A DNA stretch of 63,994 nucleotides, the filler included, from Diploschistes diacapsis (taxonomy: Eukaryota), in the NCBI GenBank assembly GCA_023645945.1. It is 10 parts of 10 records of this genome, joined end to end, with 100 filler letters (N's around TTAATTAATTAA, not from the genome) between each part and the next. Parts side by side here need not be neighbours in the genome. Positions count along the whole stretch, not along the records: positions 21,054 to 47,573 come from JALAIB010000178.1; 9 more parts are not named here. The stretch is one strand, 5' to 3'. The number at the start of each line of letters is the position of its first letter. Position 1 is the first letter of the stretch. This document shows, piece by piece, positions 24,725 through 36,855 of the stretch. Below the pieces are notes generated by a model that ran no database searches, was not told the DNA's origin, and saw only the letters and a program-made list of their open reading frames with translations. The position numbers were made by a program, and so were the translations under genes.

Positions 24725-26981
24725 ATGACTACCTTGTCTGTAGCTACCAAGGCTAGCCCGAGTCTCACATATCCTCCGGTACTATGTGTCGCTTATGCTA
24801 ACGAACTCGATCCCAATGTCAGAATTGGGCTGGACTACGTCGATAGTGACACGCTCCCTGCAGCGCAGTCTGAATATGTGGAGTTGAAGTCATCAACAGG
24901 TCGGGCTATTCACGGTTTTGAAAGTATCATTGCAGACCTGGAAAAGCGTAACCAACTGCAATTGGCCGTCTCGCGATCGCAGGTAAATACATGCTTGCTC
25001 CTATGAGACCATGTTCACTTCTATTACAGCTCGATGAATGGCTATGTCGCTTGCCTTATTTCACCTCGAGTGACTACAAATCGCTCGAAGGGCAGCTCCT
25101 AGAGCTGGACGCACATCTAACTCTCCGCTCGTATATAGTTGGCTATAGCCTAACGTTAGCCGATGTCTCGATATGGGGTGCTATCCGTGGAAGCAGACCC
25201 GGCGCGTCTGCAATCAAAAAGGGGTCAATGGTTAACCTAACTAGATGGTTCAAGTTCGTTGAAGATAGTTGCCCATGGATTGGCACTACCATCCATGCCT
25301 TCAATGCAAGCAACCAAGAGCACAAACTTGCTCGTGACAGTAAGGGTGGAAGCTACGACATTTCGTTAAAGAATACCGAGAAAGGTGTTGTAACCCGGTT
25401 TCCCCCTGAGCCATCGTGCGTAGTCTCGATCCCGCCAGTGCAAAGTGTTCACAAACTGATACATCTCCCAGTGGCTACTTGCATATTGGGCACGCAAAGG
25501 CGGCTTTACTCAATGATTACTTCGCTCACGAAGCGTATCCTGGTGGCAAGCTCATTTGCCGCTTTGATGATACGAATCCTAGCAAAGAGCGGGAGGAATT
25601 TCAGGATGCAATTATAGAGGACCTTGCGTTGATGGGCATTCGACCTGATCAAACCAGCTACTCCAGCGATTATTTCCAGGAGATGCACGAGTACTGTCTG
25701 AAGATGATCAAAGAAGGGAAAGCATACGCAGATGACACCGAACAGGAGCAGATGCGTCATGAGCGTATGGAAGGCATCGCAAGCCAGCGTCGCGATGAGA
25801 CCGTCGAGGCGAACTTGGCCGCCTTTTCTGAGATGAAAGCAGGTAGTGAAGAGGGCGTTCGATGGTGCATTCGAGCTAAGATGTCTGTCGATAACCCAAA
25901 CAAGGCTATGCGAGACCCTGTCATCTATCGTTGCAATCTTACATCACACCATCGAACCGGAAGTACATGGAAGATCTATCCTACATACGATTTCTGCGTT
26001 CCCATATTAGATTCACTTGAGGGAGTAACGCATGCTCTCAGGACCATTGAGTATCGCGATCGCAATCCACAATACGAATGGATGCAGAATGCTTTGGGCC
26101 TACGCCCCGTCCATATCTGGGATTTCGCCCGAATGAACTTTGTACGCACCCTTCTGTCGAAGCGCAAATTGACAAAATTTGTCGATATAGGAAAGGTATG
26201 GGGCTGGGATGACCCACGCTTTCCTACGATTCGAGGCATTCGTCGAAGAGGCATGACCATTGGTGCATTACGAGAGTTCATTCTCAAGCAAGGGCCAAGC
26301 CGAAACATTGTCAACCTAGACTGGTCTATTTTTTGGGCAACAAACAAGAAATACATAGATCCTGTTTCACCGAGGCACACGGTCGTCAATGAGCCGTCTC
26401 AAGTCACTTGTGCTATTAAGGGCGCAAGAGTCGCTCCTTACACAGAAGACAGACCGAAGCATGGGAAGAACCCAGAATTGGGAACCAAGAGAGTCGCATA
26501 CGCTCCAACTATCATCATCGACCAAGATGATGCCAAGTCATTCAAGCAAGATGAAGAGATCACCTTGATGGGCTGGGGCAACGCGATCGTCCGGAAGATC
26601 TCGCATTCTATCAATCCACTTAACTTGGGAACAGTCACTTCAGTCGATATGGATCTCAATCTAGCAGGTGACTTCAAAGCAACAGAGAAGAAGATCACAT
26701 GGCTTGCAACGGAAGGCCAAAACCTAATATCGGTAGAAATGGTCGATTTTGACTATCTAATCACCAAGGACAAGCTGGAAGAGGAGGACAACTTCGAAGA
26801 CTTCCTGACACCGACAACAGAATTCCGGACCAAAGGTTTGGCGGACGAGAACGTGGCGCATCTGCAGAAGGACGACATCATTCAGTTCGAGCGGAAGGGA
26901 TATTTCAGAGTTGACAGGCCGTTCAAGAATGCGGAGCCGGCTGTGCTGTTTGCCATCCCTACTGGGAAGGCTGGGAAATAA
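24725..26981 (+). CDS. GUS1: Cytoplasmic glutamyl-tRNA synthetase with GST-like N-domain, 2 introns
   Basis: VVTRFPPEPS/GYLHIGHAKA (HIGH motif), RFDDTNP, YPTYDF, LLSKRKL, QFERKGYFRVD. Confidence 0.97.
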
Positions 26982-27579
26982 GCGTAGCACAATTTTGTAC
27001 TGCATGTGTATCAGGTGTGGACTTCGTGCACCCGATCTAACTTCCACTATGCCCGGAAACTTCAGGTTAAACGGTAAGTCTTCCTGTTAGGTACCCTTGG
27101 TTTCAGAGACCCTTTGGCCCAACATGCTAGACGATTTTCCATATGTGAAAGAGCAATTCAACCTGCTATTCTAGTGTAAACAAAAAGGCGCAGCCACGGA
27201 TCTGCTCCTAACAGGTCACCCACATATATGTAGTCACAGCACTCCCCAAGCCCATAGCAATACCGTCCACGCTCCTTACAATTTCCACGACCACATGGTA
27301 CTCCTGGGCCCGACCATACAGCTTGACCATCCCTAGGCAGTACGCTTTGTTTGTTTATACTCGATCAACGCTCTCTTTCCTTCTTGCCGGTGTGGTTGAT
27401 TAATGGGCACCTGGTAAGCATCTCGTCTGCTCGGTCGTCCCTATACTCGAGCGCAACAAATCCTTAGCTATGACGATCTGTGCCAATTTTGTTGCGTTGA
27501 GATACGTCTATTCACCAATAGCTGAAGGTGTAAAAGAGCAGTTGCTGTATAATCGGATTGTCCAGGCATAGGCATCATT

Positions 27580-28374
27580 TTAGGTCAAATAGCAAGTACC
27601 CCGAGAGGTCACCTGGATTCCGTTCCAGCGTGCAGGAGGGTTCATGCAAGGAACACAATCCTGTTGGTACTTGGTATGTTCTAGTTCGGAGTGATAACCT
27701 CGACACAAGAGTGCGTCCCATGCGATGACTCCACGCGACATGACGACCAACGAGGATTCGACCACCGAGGGGTCGACCTCTCTTATAGAGGCATCGTGCC
27801 ATACGGCTGGCCGCTGGGTGGTCTTTTCAGATTTCCCAGCCTCGGGTCGCTCGCCACAAGGTTCTTTTAAAAGCCCAACAGGCCCACACGATGTACCAAA
27901 GTAATATATTCCCTTCAGGCTGACTGAAGATGGAGATTTCCGAGCTTTGCTGACAACTGATTCGATGAGATCATGGAGATCACTAGCAAAGCCTTCATTG
28001 AACCGTTGTCCTATCATCGAAAGAATCCGGATGCGGTAGTCGGACTGAAGCAACAGATGCTCGAGTATAAAAATTTCCACCGGCTGACGGTCAAGTATGA
28101 GCACACGGACATGGCGAAACACATGCGCCTTAAATGATATCGATCTAGGCGTATATATAAAGCGCCACCAGTGGGAAGAATAATTCGGTGGCATTACAAG
28201 GGGAAAGGCTTCGAACCGGCGCCATACCTCAGGCGTGCCAAGAATTAAAGACTTCAGATCTTTGCACGTGCTCGACAGAGCCAGTCGGCAAGGATATGAG
28301 AGATGGAGAGCTATTTCCCCGAGAATGATGTGATTTGAGAGCAGGCATGTGAGCGAAGTAGTAGAAAAAGACAT
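27580..28374 (-). CDS. Hypothetical F-box-like protein, C-terminus possibly eroded
   Basis: N-terminal LLSNHIILGEIALHLSYPCRLALSSTCK; LRR-like strands VRVLILD, IRILSMI, LKGIYYFG; GVIAWDALLCRG. Confidence 0.6.
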   Translation of the reverse strand: MSFSTTSLTCLLSNHIILGEIALHLSYPCRLALSSTCKDLKSLILGTPEVWRRFEAFPLVMPPNYSSHWWRFIYTPRSISFKAHVFRHVRVLILDRQPVEIFILEHLLLQSDYRIRILSMIGQRFNEGFASDLHDLIESVVSKARKSPSSVSLKGIYYFGTSCGPVGLLKEPCGERPEAGKSEKTTQRPAVWHDASIREVDPSVVESSLVVMSRGVIAWDALLCRGYHSELEHTKYQQDCVPCMNPPARWNGIQVTSRGTCYLT

Positions 28375-29160
28375 AATGAGCTTAGGCCGCAAGAGGAGAA
28401 AATACAGGTTTGGCTTTAGGAGCAGGATTCGATGGCGGTGATGAAAGAGCGTATGATAGCACAGCACGCTTTAAGCGCAAGGCGAAAAGAAGCTTCTATA
28501 CCTCCCATGATACCAGACCAGATAAGAATAATTAATAGCAGGTGCCTTTTCCTAGACCGTGCGCAGACGGTGGACCCCAATGTACACTCTTGCTGAGGGA
28601 AATTCTGATATATCGAATCAAGTATGCAAGCATTAGATACCTGGCTGTAAGCATTTGGAGAAGGGATCGCAGCATTTCGAATTGACGTAGATCCTGAGTT
28701 GGATGAAGTGAAGACGTCTTAGATGGTTTTCTGGAAATAGAGGGCAACAGGTTGTCGTACAGAGGCAGGCAATATCTTCCACCACTTTATGCCACCCAAG
28801 AGCTCCAAGGATGTCTCAGATCCACTATAGGATAAGTATCTCAGATATGTTGGGTACAACGTCGTTGGGTTTGGAGAGAAGGAAAAAGTAGAGTCAGAGT
28901 CAGGTTCGAGGTATCTACTGGAAAAACAGTAGCTTGCGTAGCTCACGTAGATATTGCTTGGGTATTGTAGATCTACCAGTAGATCTACGACGTCTATTGC
29001 AGAGCCAATTAAATAATGCTGAGGTTGGCGGCGATAAATATTCCGAATGAAGTTTTATCATTTCGCGTCATGACTATGTACTGAGAGGCGAATTTCCTTT
29101 ACTATACACACATTCTTTTCGACGCATTGGTTCTGCACCGCATTCATTACTAGATAGAAA

Positions 29161-30953
29161 ATGACCCAGACGCGATCGCAAAGGGGCATCACACCTCGGT
29201 CAGCCTTTCGATTCCGTGAGAATTCAGAGCTAATGTAAATATCAGCAAAACAGAGCACCCTGGCTTTGTCGAGACACCGACGCGCCGCAAAACGAGCCGA
29301 AAATCCATAGCCCAAGTCGTGGTCGTAGACGACACCAAGAACCACAATGGTAATGTCGTGGAAGATCAAATTGAAGCCATACCAGAACGCACCAACGGCC
29401 ATCACTACAAAGCAAATGGAAATCTAGCCACCGAAAAGAAAAATCTTGCGGCGCAAGAGGCCGATGCAGAGGCGGGCAGCCACCCACACTATGAGTTTGG
29501 CGGGCCCATCGGTGTCAGCGCGATGATGGTCGGATTCCCCATACTCATGTACTATATGTGGATTGGCGCAACGTATTACGATGGCAAGTTTCCTCGCCCT
29601 GCGCCAAACCAGAGCATGGGAGAATTTTTCCGCTCCATGGGTCACCTCGTGTTTGAGGGGGCCTTTCCGCATCTCAAGGCTTGGGCCATTTATTGGACAT
29701 TCTTTATCGGGGAGGCTCTGCTGTATGTCTACCTACCAGGTGTAAGCGCCAAAGGGAAACCGCTACCGCATGAGAGGGGGAAGCAGCTGGATTACCATTG
29801 CTCCGGCCTCTACTCATGGTATGCTACAATTGCCATTGCCATAACATTACACGTTACAGGTCTCTTTCCATTGTATACTATCCTGGATGAGTTTGGACCG
29901 CTTATGTCCGTTGCGATTCTCTCTGGTGTTCTTGTATCCATAATTGCATACATATCGGCATTTCACAGAGGTGTTCAGCATCGCATGACTGGAAATCATA
30001 TTTACGATTTCTTTATGGGCGCGGAGCTCAATCCGCGCATTCTCGGAATCCTGGATTTCAAGATGTTCTTCGAAGTGCGGATCCCTTGGTTTATTTTATT
30101 CTTGTTATCTCTAAGTGCAGCTGCACGCCAATACGAACAGTTTGGATACGTTTCAGGCGAGGTTGCCTTCCTGGTGCTGGCTCATTGGTTATATGCCAAT
30201 GCATGCGCAAAGGGAGAGGAATTAATTATAACGACTTGGTTTGACTTACTGGCCCCTAATAACGAGTCGGCTGACCGAAATAGGGACATGTACTATGAGA
30301 AATGGGGTTTTATGCTTATCTTCTGGAATCTAGCTGGCGTACCGCTAAGCTACTGCCATTGTACTTTGTATCTCGCCAACCGTGCACCGTCTGCATATCA
30401 CTGGAACGGGTACGCGCTAGCCGGATTGTACGCCAGTTACTTGTTTATTTACTGGATCTGGGATACCACGAACTCCCAAAAGAATCGATTCAGGCATAGC
30501 GAGAAAGGAGGCTACGCTAAGCGCAAAGCCTTCCCCCAGCTACCGTGGTCAGAGCTGGAAAACCCGAAAACGCTCAAGGCGGATAATGGCGGCACCATCC
30601 TCGTCGATGGCTGGTGTAAGTTCTTTCAATACTAAAAGCGACGGCAGATGCTGATGAGGTGGCAGATGCCTATGCTCGCAAGATTCACTACACTTGTGAC
30701 GTTTTCTTTGCGATTAGCTGGGGGCTTATCACAGGCTTCAGCAGCCCCTTCCCCTGGTTCTATCCCGTGTTCTTCGTTTCCATGATCGCGCACAGAGCAT
30801 GGCGAGACATCAAGAGGTGCCGCGAGCGATACGGGCAGGCTTGGATAGAGTATGAGCGAAGAGTGCCGTATTTATTTATTCCCGTAAGCTTTTCCTCTTG
30901 CCATTGAAGACCCTGTCAAAACCTATCTAACGCTGGCACAGTACGTAATTTAG
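29161..30953 (+). CDS. ERG4: Delta(24(24(1)))-sterol reductase, 4 introns
   Basis: [76 protein letters not shown]. Confidence 0.96.
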
Positions 30954-31218
30954 AGCTTGGATATCGTCGCGAAAACCATGGGATAATATCTAATCAGTAC
31001 TGCATATACACCATTTGCGTTGAGCCTAGCTGTGTACATACCTGGAAACATATAGCATTTATTAGTATTCTTATATTCTTAAACCATTGCTCTGCGGGGC
31101 ATGGGCCATCTGTTTGTCATCACTGTGCATCTCAATCTAAGATATCTCTCGCTGTTGCTTGTCTCGAGCTTCTTGTCGAACTATACCACTTGCATGATTT
31201 TTCTAATCACGGCCGAGG

Positions 31219-32406
31219 ATGCTCATCACAGAATCGCACGTGGATGTGCCCACAAAGGCTGACGGGCAGGGTTCAATGCGTAGCTGAAAACCCCCCTTTG
31301 CATGCCATCTCTAGATACCGAAATAGTAACACAGTCTGCAGGCATATTTCTGTTCCACCCCACGATTCCAAACTACCCAAAAGCGCGCTTCCCGTGCGTG
31401 GTTGTGTTTAGCGAGATATACCAAGGTTTGTATTCTTCTCGTCTCTTGTCTGTTTTCCCGTACATGCCCGCGGCTGAGACCTGATCTTTTCTGCCAACTC
31501 TTGACGACAAATTCTATCTATGACTCAATCATTTCCTACTTATCGGTATCATATACACATACTAGAAGGCCAGCTTTTTTGTTGTCTGCTCCATCAAGAA
31601 TCTCGTCCGGCAGACCTGACTCTCAGATCCCAAAACAGTATTCACATTAATTACTGCAGCAACTATGCTCTTTACGTCCGCGTTATAGTTTGCAGTGATT
31701 GTTCAAGCTGCTGATTGTCCCCCAAGTGACCGGACCAGTCTCCCGCTTCTGCCGCCAAATCGCCTCGCACGGCTACATCTGCGCCGCACCCAGTAGCTAC
31801 CACGAGTACCTTCCCCCAGATCCCCTCCCCTACGACAACCCGGGCACGGACAAGGGGAACGAGCTGAAAATCAGCAAATCCGTAGCCGCCTATGACGAGG
31901 ACGCCAAGCTCGCCGTCGACACGTTGTTGAAATTGGAGACATGCAATGGCCGCATCGGCACGACGGGGATGTGCCTTGGTGGACACCTGGCGTTCCGTTG
32001 CGCACTAGACAAAAGGGTTGCGGCAGGCGTGTGCTATTTCGCCACGGACCTGCACCAGGGTAGTTTAGGGCGGGAGGGGCAGCAGGGCGGAGACGGGAGC
32101 CTGGGCAGGGCTGGAGAAATCAAAGGGGAGCTGGTGATGATCTTCGGCAAGAAGGACAATCACGTCCCGCCCGAGGGGAGGGATCTCATCCGCAAGACGC
32201 TGCACGATAAGGGGGTGGTGTTCAGCTTCTACGAAGCAGCGTGGGCGCAGCATGCGTTTATTAGGGATGAATCGAGTAAAGGGCGCTATGATCCGGCAAT
32301 TGCGGGGATCTGTTTTCAGATACTGCTGGAGCTTTTTGGAAGGACGTTGAAGGGGGATCTGGGGCCGAGGGATGGGGCGGATGTGGAAGTGGAGGATGTG
32401 TGTTAG
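31219..32406 (+). CDS. Dienelactone hydrolase family protein (carboxymethylenebutenolidase), 2 introns (second 31426-31726)
   Basis: MLITESHVDVPT; VVVFSEIYQ/VTGPV; GMCLGGHLAFR nucleophile motif; KDNHVP; AQHAFIRDE. Confidence 0.93.
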
Positions 32407-33306
32407 GCCCGGTGATTGTGGAAGCTCTAGCCACTATACCAGCTTTTGACACATGTTAAGAAATAGCGCATGTGGAACGATGCTGTTGTAGTCTCGCATA
32501 CATATGAGTTTTAGTTCAATACTGGCACAATCCAGTATTGTTGGTCTCCTGGCTGTGGCCTAGCGGTACTAAACTAAACTGGCGCTCTGTAATATCACAC
32601 TGTAAAACCCTTCATAGCAAGATATCGACGGACGTCAACGCCAAAGAGGTTCTTTAGAGTCAATGGAAGTGGCATAACTTTAGAAGACGGAACGTTCGAG
32701 AACTTCAAAAGTTCCATGTTAATATTATCATCGTGACGGTTGACCTTCTGTCTCAAACTTGGGGCAACATGCGCAGGAAAAGTCAATGACAGGTTAGTTT
32801 TCTATGCTGAAGCAGCCCATCGTGCTGTTTGGGACGCTTCGTTGGCTCTTCCACACCCGCGCGCACCAAGTTGTGTTTGCATGCTTCAGCCCAACAGCAT
32901 CGAGTATTCGGATTAAGCCTAACATGAAACACCGACGTCGCAGCAACTCCTAGAGGCTGGGCGAGGAGAGAGACCATGTTGTGTGGGCTAAAAGACACCA
33001 GCACCAGACCACCTTTTTCGATGGATGCGCAGCAATGAGATGCTGCTGCGTGTTCTATTCTGCGATGCGAAACCGCGCGCAAGGAACGTTTGCCACCCTT
33101 CGGACCGGACGCCTGTGGCTGTCAATTGAATCCACAAATTGGTAGGTTGGTAGGAGCAGAATATAAAGAAGTGAGTCGGCCCAGTTTCATCTTAATCTCA
33201 GTAAATCTCACTAAGACCTAGCCTTTATCTATTCATCACTCAATCCAATTGATAAGTACCGTGGACCTTATTTTCCTTTAACTCATTCCTCATCCGCAAT
33301 TTCACC

Positions 33307-33684
33307 ATGCGCTTCACAACCTTCATCACAACCCTATTTCTCTCCTCCGCCGCCCTCGTCGCGGCCCAATACTATGGTCCCAGCGACGACAGCGGCCTCT
33401 ACGCCCGTGAGGCCGACTATGATGATCTCGATCTCTACGCGCGCGAGGCTGACTACGATGACCTCGAACTCGACCTCCACGCCCGTGATGCCGATTACGA
33501 CGACCTGCTTGAGATTTACGCTCGTGAAGCTGAAGCTGAAGCAGAAGCAGAGGCAGATGCTTATGCCGACTAAGACGACCTGGACTTGAGCATCTACCGC
33601 CGTAAGATTGCGCTGCACTGCGCAGGCAGTAATATCATTTGCGACGGCGTCAAGGGGAGCGAGAACTACTGTCGCTGCAAGTGA
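33307..33684 (+). pseudogene. Secreted repeat-containing prepro-peptide with Cys-rich C-terminus, interrupted by one in-frame TAA (33571-33573)
   Basis: Signal peptide, four (L/I)(Y/H)AR(E/D)A repeats and an EAEAEA tract. The frame continues after TAA as DDLDLSIYRR-KIALHCAGSNIICDGVKGSENYCRCK. TATA box near 33161. Confidence 0.8.
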
Positions 33685-34472
33685 TAGCCGGATTGCTTGT
33701 TTTTAGGGTGAGGTACTTGGATGGGTCTGGGCATGGTGCGTTAGGATTCATGGGGTGAGAGGGAACAGGGCGGAGATGCTATAATAAAGAAAGTTGTACT
33801 CGGCGTCGGTTTGCATATGGGTACTCGTTTACAGGAGTGGTATCTGGCTGGGGACTTGTCTTGAATCTTGAGCTGATGGAGTTTCGATGCAATTCTCGTC
33901 CTTGTTTTTCTGTATGCAAGCCATGAATAACAATCTGGAGTCAAAGATGGTAATCTGTCTATACACCGAAAAGTCCCCCGAAGCAATGATATAACGAGGC
34001 AAGAGGACAGTCCTACGCTTAGATGCTCTATTCTCCTACCTTTCCATCCATTGTAATCTTTACAATTAGCTCGATAATTAATTGGTAAAGCTGTTAAATG
34101 GCACCTCACAGCTGCATTTCTTTGCTATACTCGGTTTAACCCTGACTGCCTCTACATGGAGCTAAGACAAATGTGGGTCAAGCGTAGCTTCAACAGTTAT
34201 CGTGGCGTGCTTTTGTTGATGAAAATTTCTTGTTTAACCAAATACAAGATAGCTGAGGTGGTTGTGTACTGTTGTTGATCCTTCCCTCCCAACTTCAGAA
34301 TGCATTGATGGGGAAATATAATGGCAAACCCTGACTCGCAGCAAACCTCAGAAGCTCTATGCTCATGCCCACTCTAAGCTCGACTAGGTAAGGCAGCTCG
34401 CGCCGTGTATAGCAGCCTTGGCTCACGGACAGCTCCCCCATTTGTCGTCGGTAAACGACCTAGACGCCGCCT

Positions 34473-36393
34473 ATGAGTCGTGCAGGGTCTCGTGCAGACA
34501 GCATCAATACGAGTCTAGGTTCTAGCACCGAGGAGGACTCCGACCTTCCCGTTGCTCAGCTCCAGGATGCCGTGGCAGCAGGAACGGCCCAAACTGCGAA
34601 TCTGGCGTTCGGGCAATTACCAGACCAAGATACAAACGACGAAAATATCGAGGACGCTTACGTTCAATTTATCTTGTACTGTAACCCATCGCTGTCTCGT
34701 ACGCTACCTACTATAGGTCTCAGGAGAGCATTCCATGCTGTTCCCAGGGCTGACGGCAAGTCTTTCGAGGTCTTCGAGCTTTTCAAGCTGATGCAAAAGC
34801 TTCAACATGGGGAGATCGGATCCTGGAACAGTCTTGTTGTGGAATTGGGCGTCGACCGTCCGGACCCTTCAAAGAATCAAAGTTCGCAGAAGCTTGGACA
34901 GTATGCTGTAAGGCTTAAGGTAAGCCGTTGTTTGGTTGATATTGATTTACAGCAGCGCGTGTTCTTGCCTTGTGGTAATCGAACGTGGATGTGGTTCTGT
35001 CTATTCATGTTCATGGCTGTTGCGAAGGTTTTCTATATCGATACACAGTCATATCTCAAGATCACTGTTTGTGTGAATATTTTTTTTGACTACATGCATT
35101 TATTGTCTGACCTAACATCTCTTCATTTGTTGACACTTTCCTCTGCAGAGGTGGCTTCGGAACTACCACATAGACGCTTTCTTCAAATATTGCATGGGCG
35201 TACCGCACGAATACTATACGAAGATCCCAAGTAAATCGCAATCCGAAAACCTGCCTGTGCGAGACGGCATTCCGCCGGAAGAGGATTTGGCCCTTAGATG
35301 CATGCTGCCCAATCTCAGGCCCAAACGGGGAAGGCGGAAGGAGGACGACGAGGAAAACGATTCGACGCCCAACAAACGACAGCAAAGAGCACTGTCAGCA
35401 GCTGTAGAGGAGATTCCACAGCCGTCTTCAGAGACATCTACTCAATCTATTCCAAGGAACTCCTCTCACCCTTCTTTCCAGCCTGCCCTAGCACCGCCGC
35501 CTCAACCTCTAAAAAATAATTACTATCATCAAAGTCCCTTGCCTGGATATAACCATAACACATATATGGATGAAGCATGGGCTGCTGCTTCGCGAGCCTT
35601 CATCGGCCCTTCCCCTCAGCTGCAAGTGGCGCGTACACACTCCTCAAACGGGTACTGGGCAGGTCCCCCAACTCCCACAACATCCTGGCCATATCCTCAA
35701 TCCGCCGTCAACCCTCAAGCCCCTCCTAATCCATTTTCGATCTCGGACGGGTCACAGTCCGCTCATCCTTCTACCGGGAGAACCTTTGCGGTCTCGAACA
35801 AAGAACCCGAGCGACCTACAGCTGCATCTCAGGCCGCTCAACCTCCTTCGCCTAACGGCAAGCCCAACCGGCCCAGGGGCAGGCCGCCCAAGAATCGAGC
35901 CGTCCACAAAGGACCCTGGGCAACTTTCCCCTCTCGGCAGAAAAGCAACGACAAGGAGCAGCCAGACGGCACCGCTTCAAGCCCAATTTTCGTTGCAGAC
36001 GAGACGGCTTGGCCGGTGCCCAAGACTCCCAGCTCGGCGCCAGCCCAGCGCCCAAGCAAGCTGTCGTTACAAGTCCCCCAGAACCCCGGGGGTAACGTCA
36101 GGCTGGCAACACCCCCTCCAAAGGTCACGCTGAAGGGCGGAGACGCCGGCCGGGAACAGCATATGCCCACGCCGTCGCAACAGGCTGCGCAGCTCGAGGA
36201 CGGGAGAAGGTCCTCTGCGGATTTCTTCAACAGCATCGACGACGAGGCGAGTGTTCTTGGTTACGACGAGGTGAAAGAGGACGACCAGGGCGTGAATTGG
36301 AAGCGCAGGGCGCTTGTGCTGCAGCGGAAGCTTGAGGAGGCGCGGGCCGAGCTGAGGGCGGTGAAGAGGAAGGTGATGGAGGCTGTAATGTAG
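34473..36393 (+). CDS. abp2: ARS-binding protein 2-like AT-hook protein, intron about 34920-35148
   Basis: IEDAYVQFILYCNP, QSSQKLGQYAVRLK/RWLRNYHIDAFF, RPKRGRRK, AT-hook RPRGRPPK, C-terminal coiled coil. Confidence 0.88.
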
Positions 36394-36855
36394 GGGGGTG
36401 TTCGTCCGACCGGACACTCCACATGGGGTTTCGGAATACTGGCGATATGCATGCTTGCAGTATGTATAATAATGTTACTAGATAGCGCTGAGAAGCATTT
36501 CGGCAAGCAGAGCTGTGTACGGGGGGGCAAATCTGCCTGCGGTGGCGGCCTGTGGTGGAGGCCTCGAAATACCCAGTCCCTTTTTATACAGAGGTACAAT
36601 GGAGACGATTCCATATTGCACGCCTCGAGTTTGTAAAAGGGTACTTCCTCACTACTTCAGGACACATCAGGACATTCGACAGACGCTTGTCTAGAGTTGC
36701 CATGCTGGACAAAAACGAGCCCCGTCCCCCTTTCCTTCCCACCTCCGTATCCCATCGCGTCAAGCCTTGCAGAGGCGATTTCCTATGGTAGGTACAGCGT
36801 TCCAACCATGGCTTCACAGTTGAGCTGGACAGCTATTGCGAAAGGCTTCGTTCGC

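Noticed and set aside
31471..31500. TPP riboswitch in the hydrolase intron (GCTGAGA...CCTGATC)
   Set aside because: The two motifs are directly adjacent; the intervening P2/GAA segment and the downstream TAAT..C.GCG..GG elements are missing, and the gene is not thiamine-related.
32600..32790. Possible oxidoreductase remnant (RVNGSGITLEDGTF...)
   Set aside because: Too short and fragmented to support.
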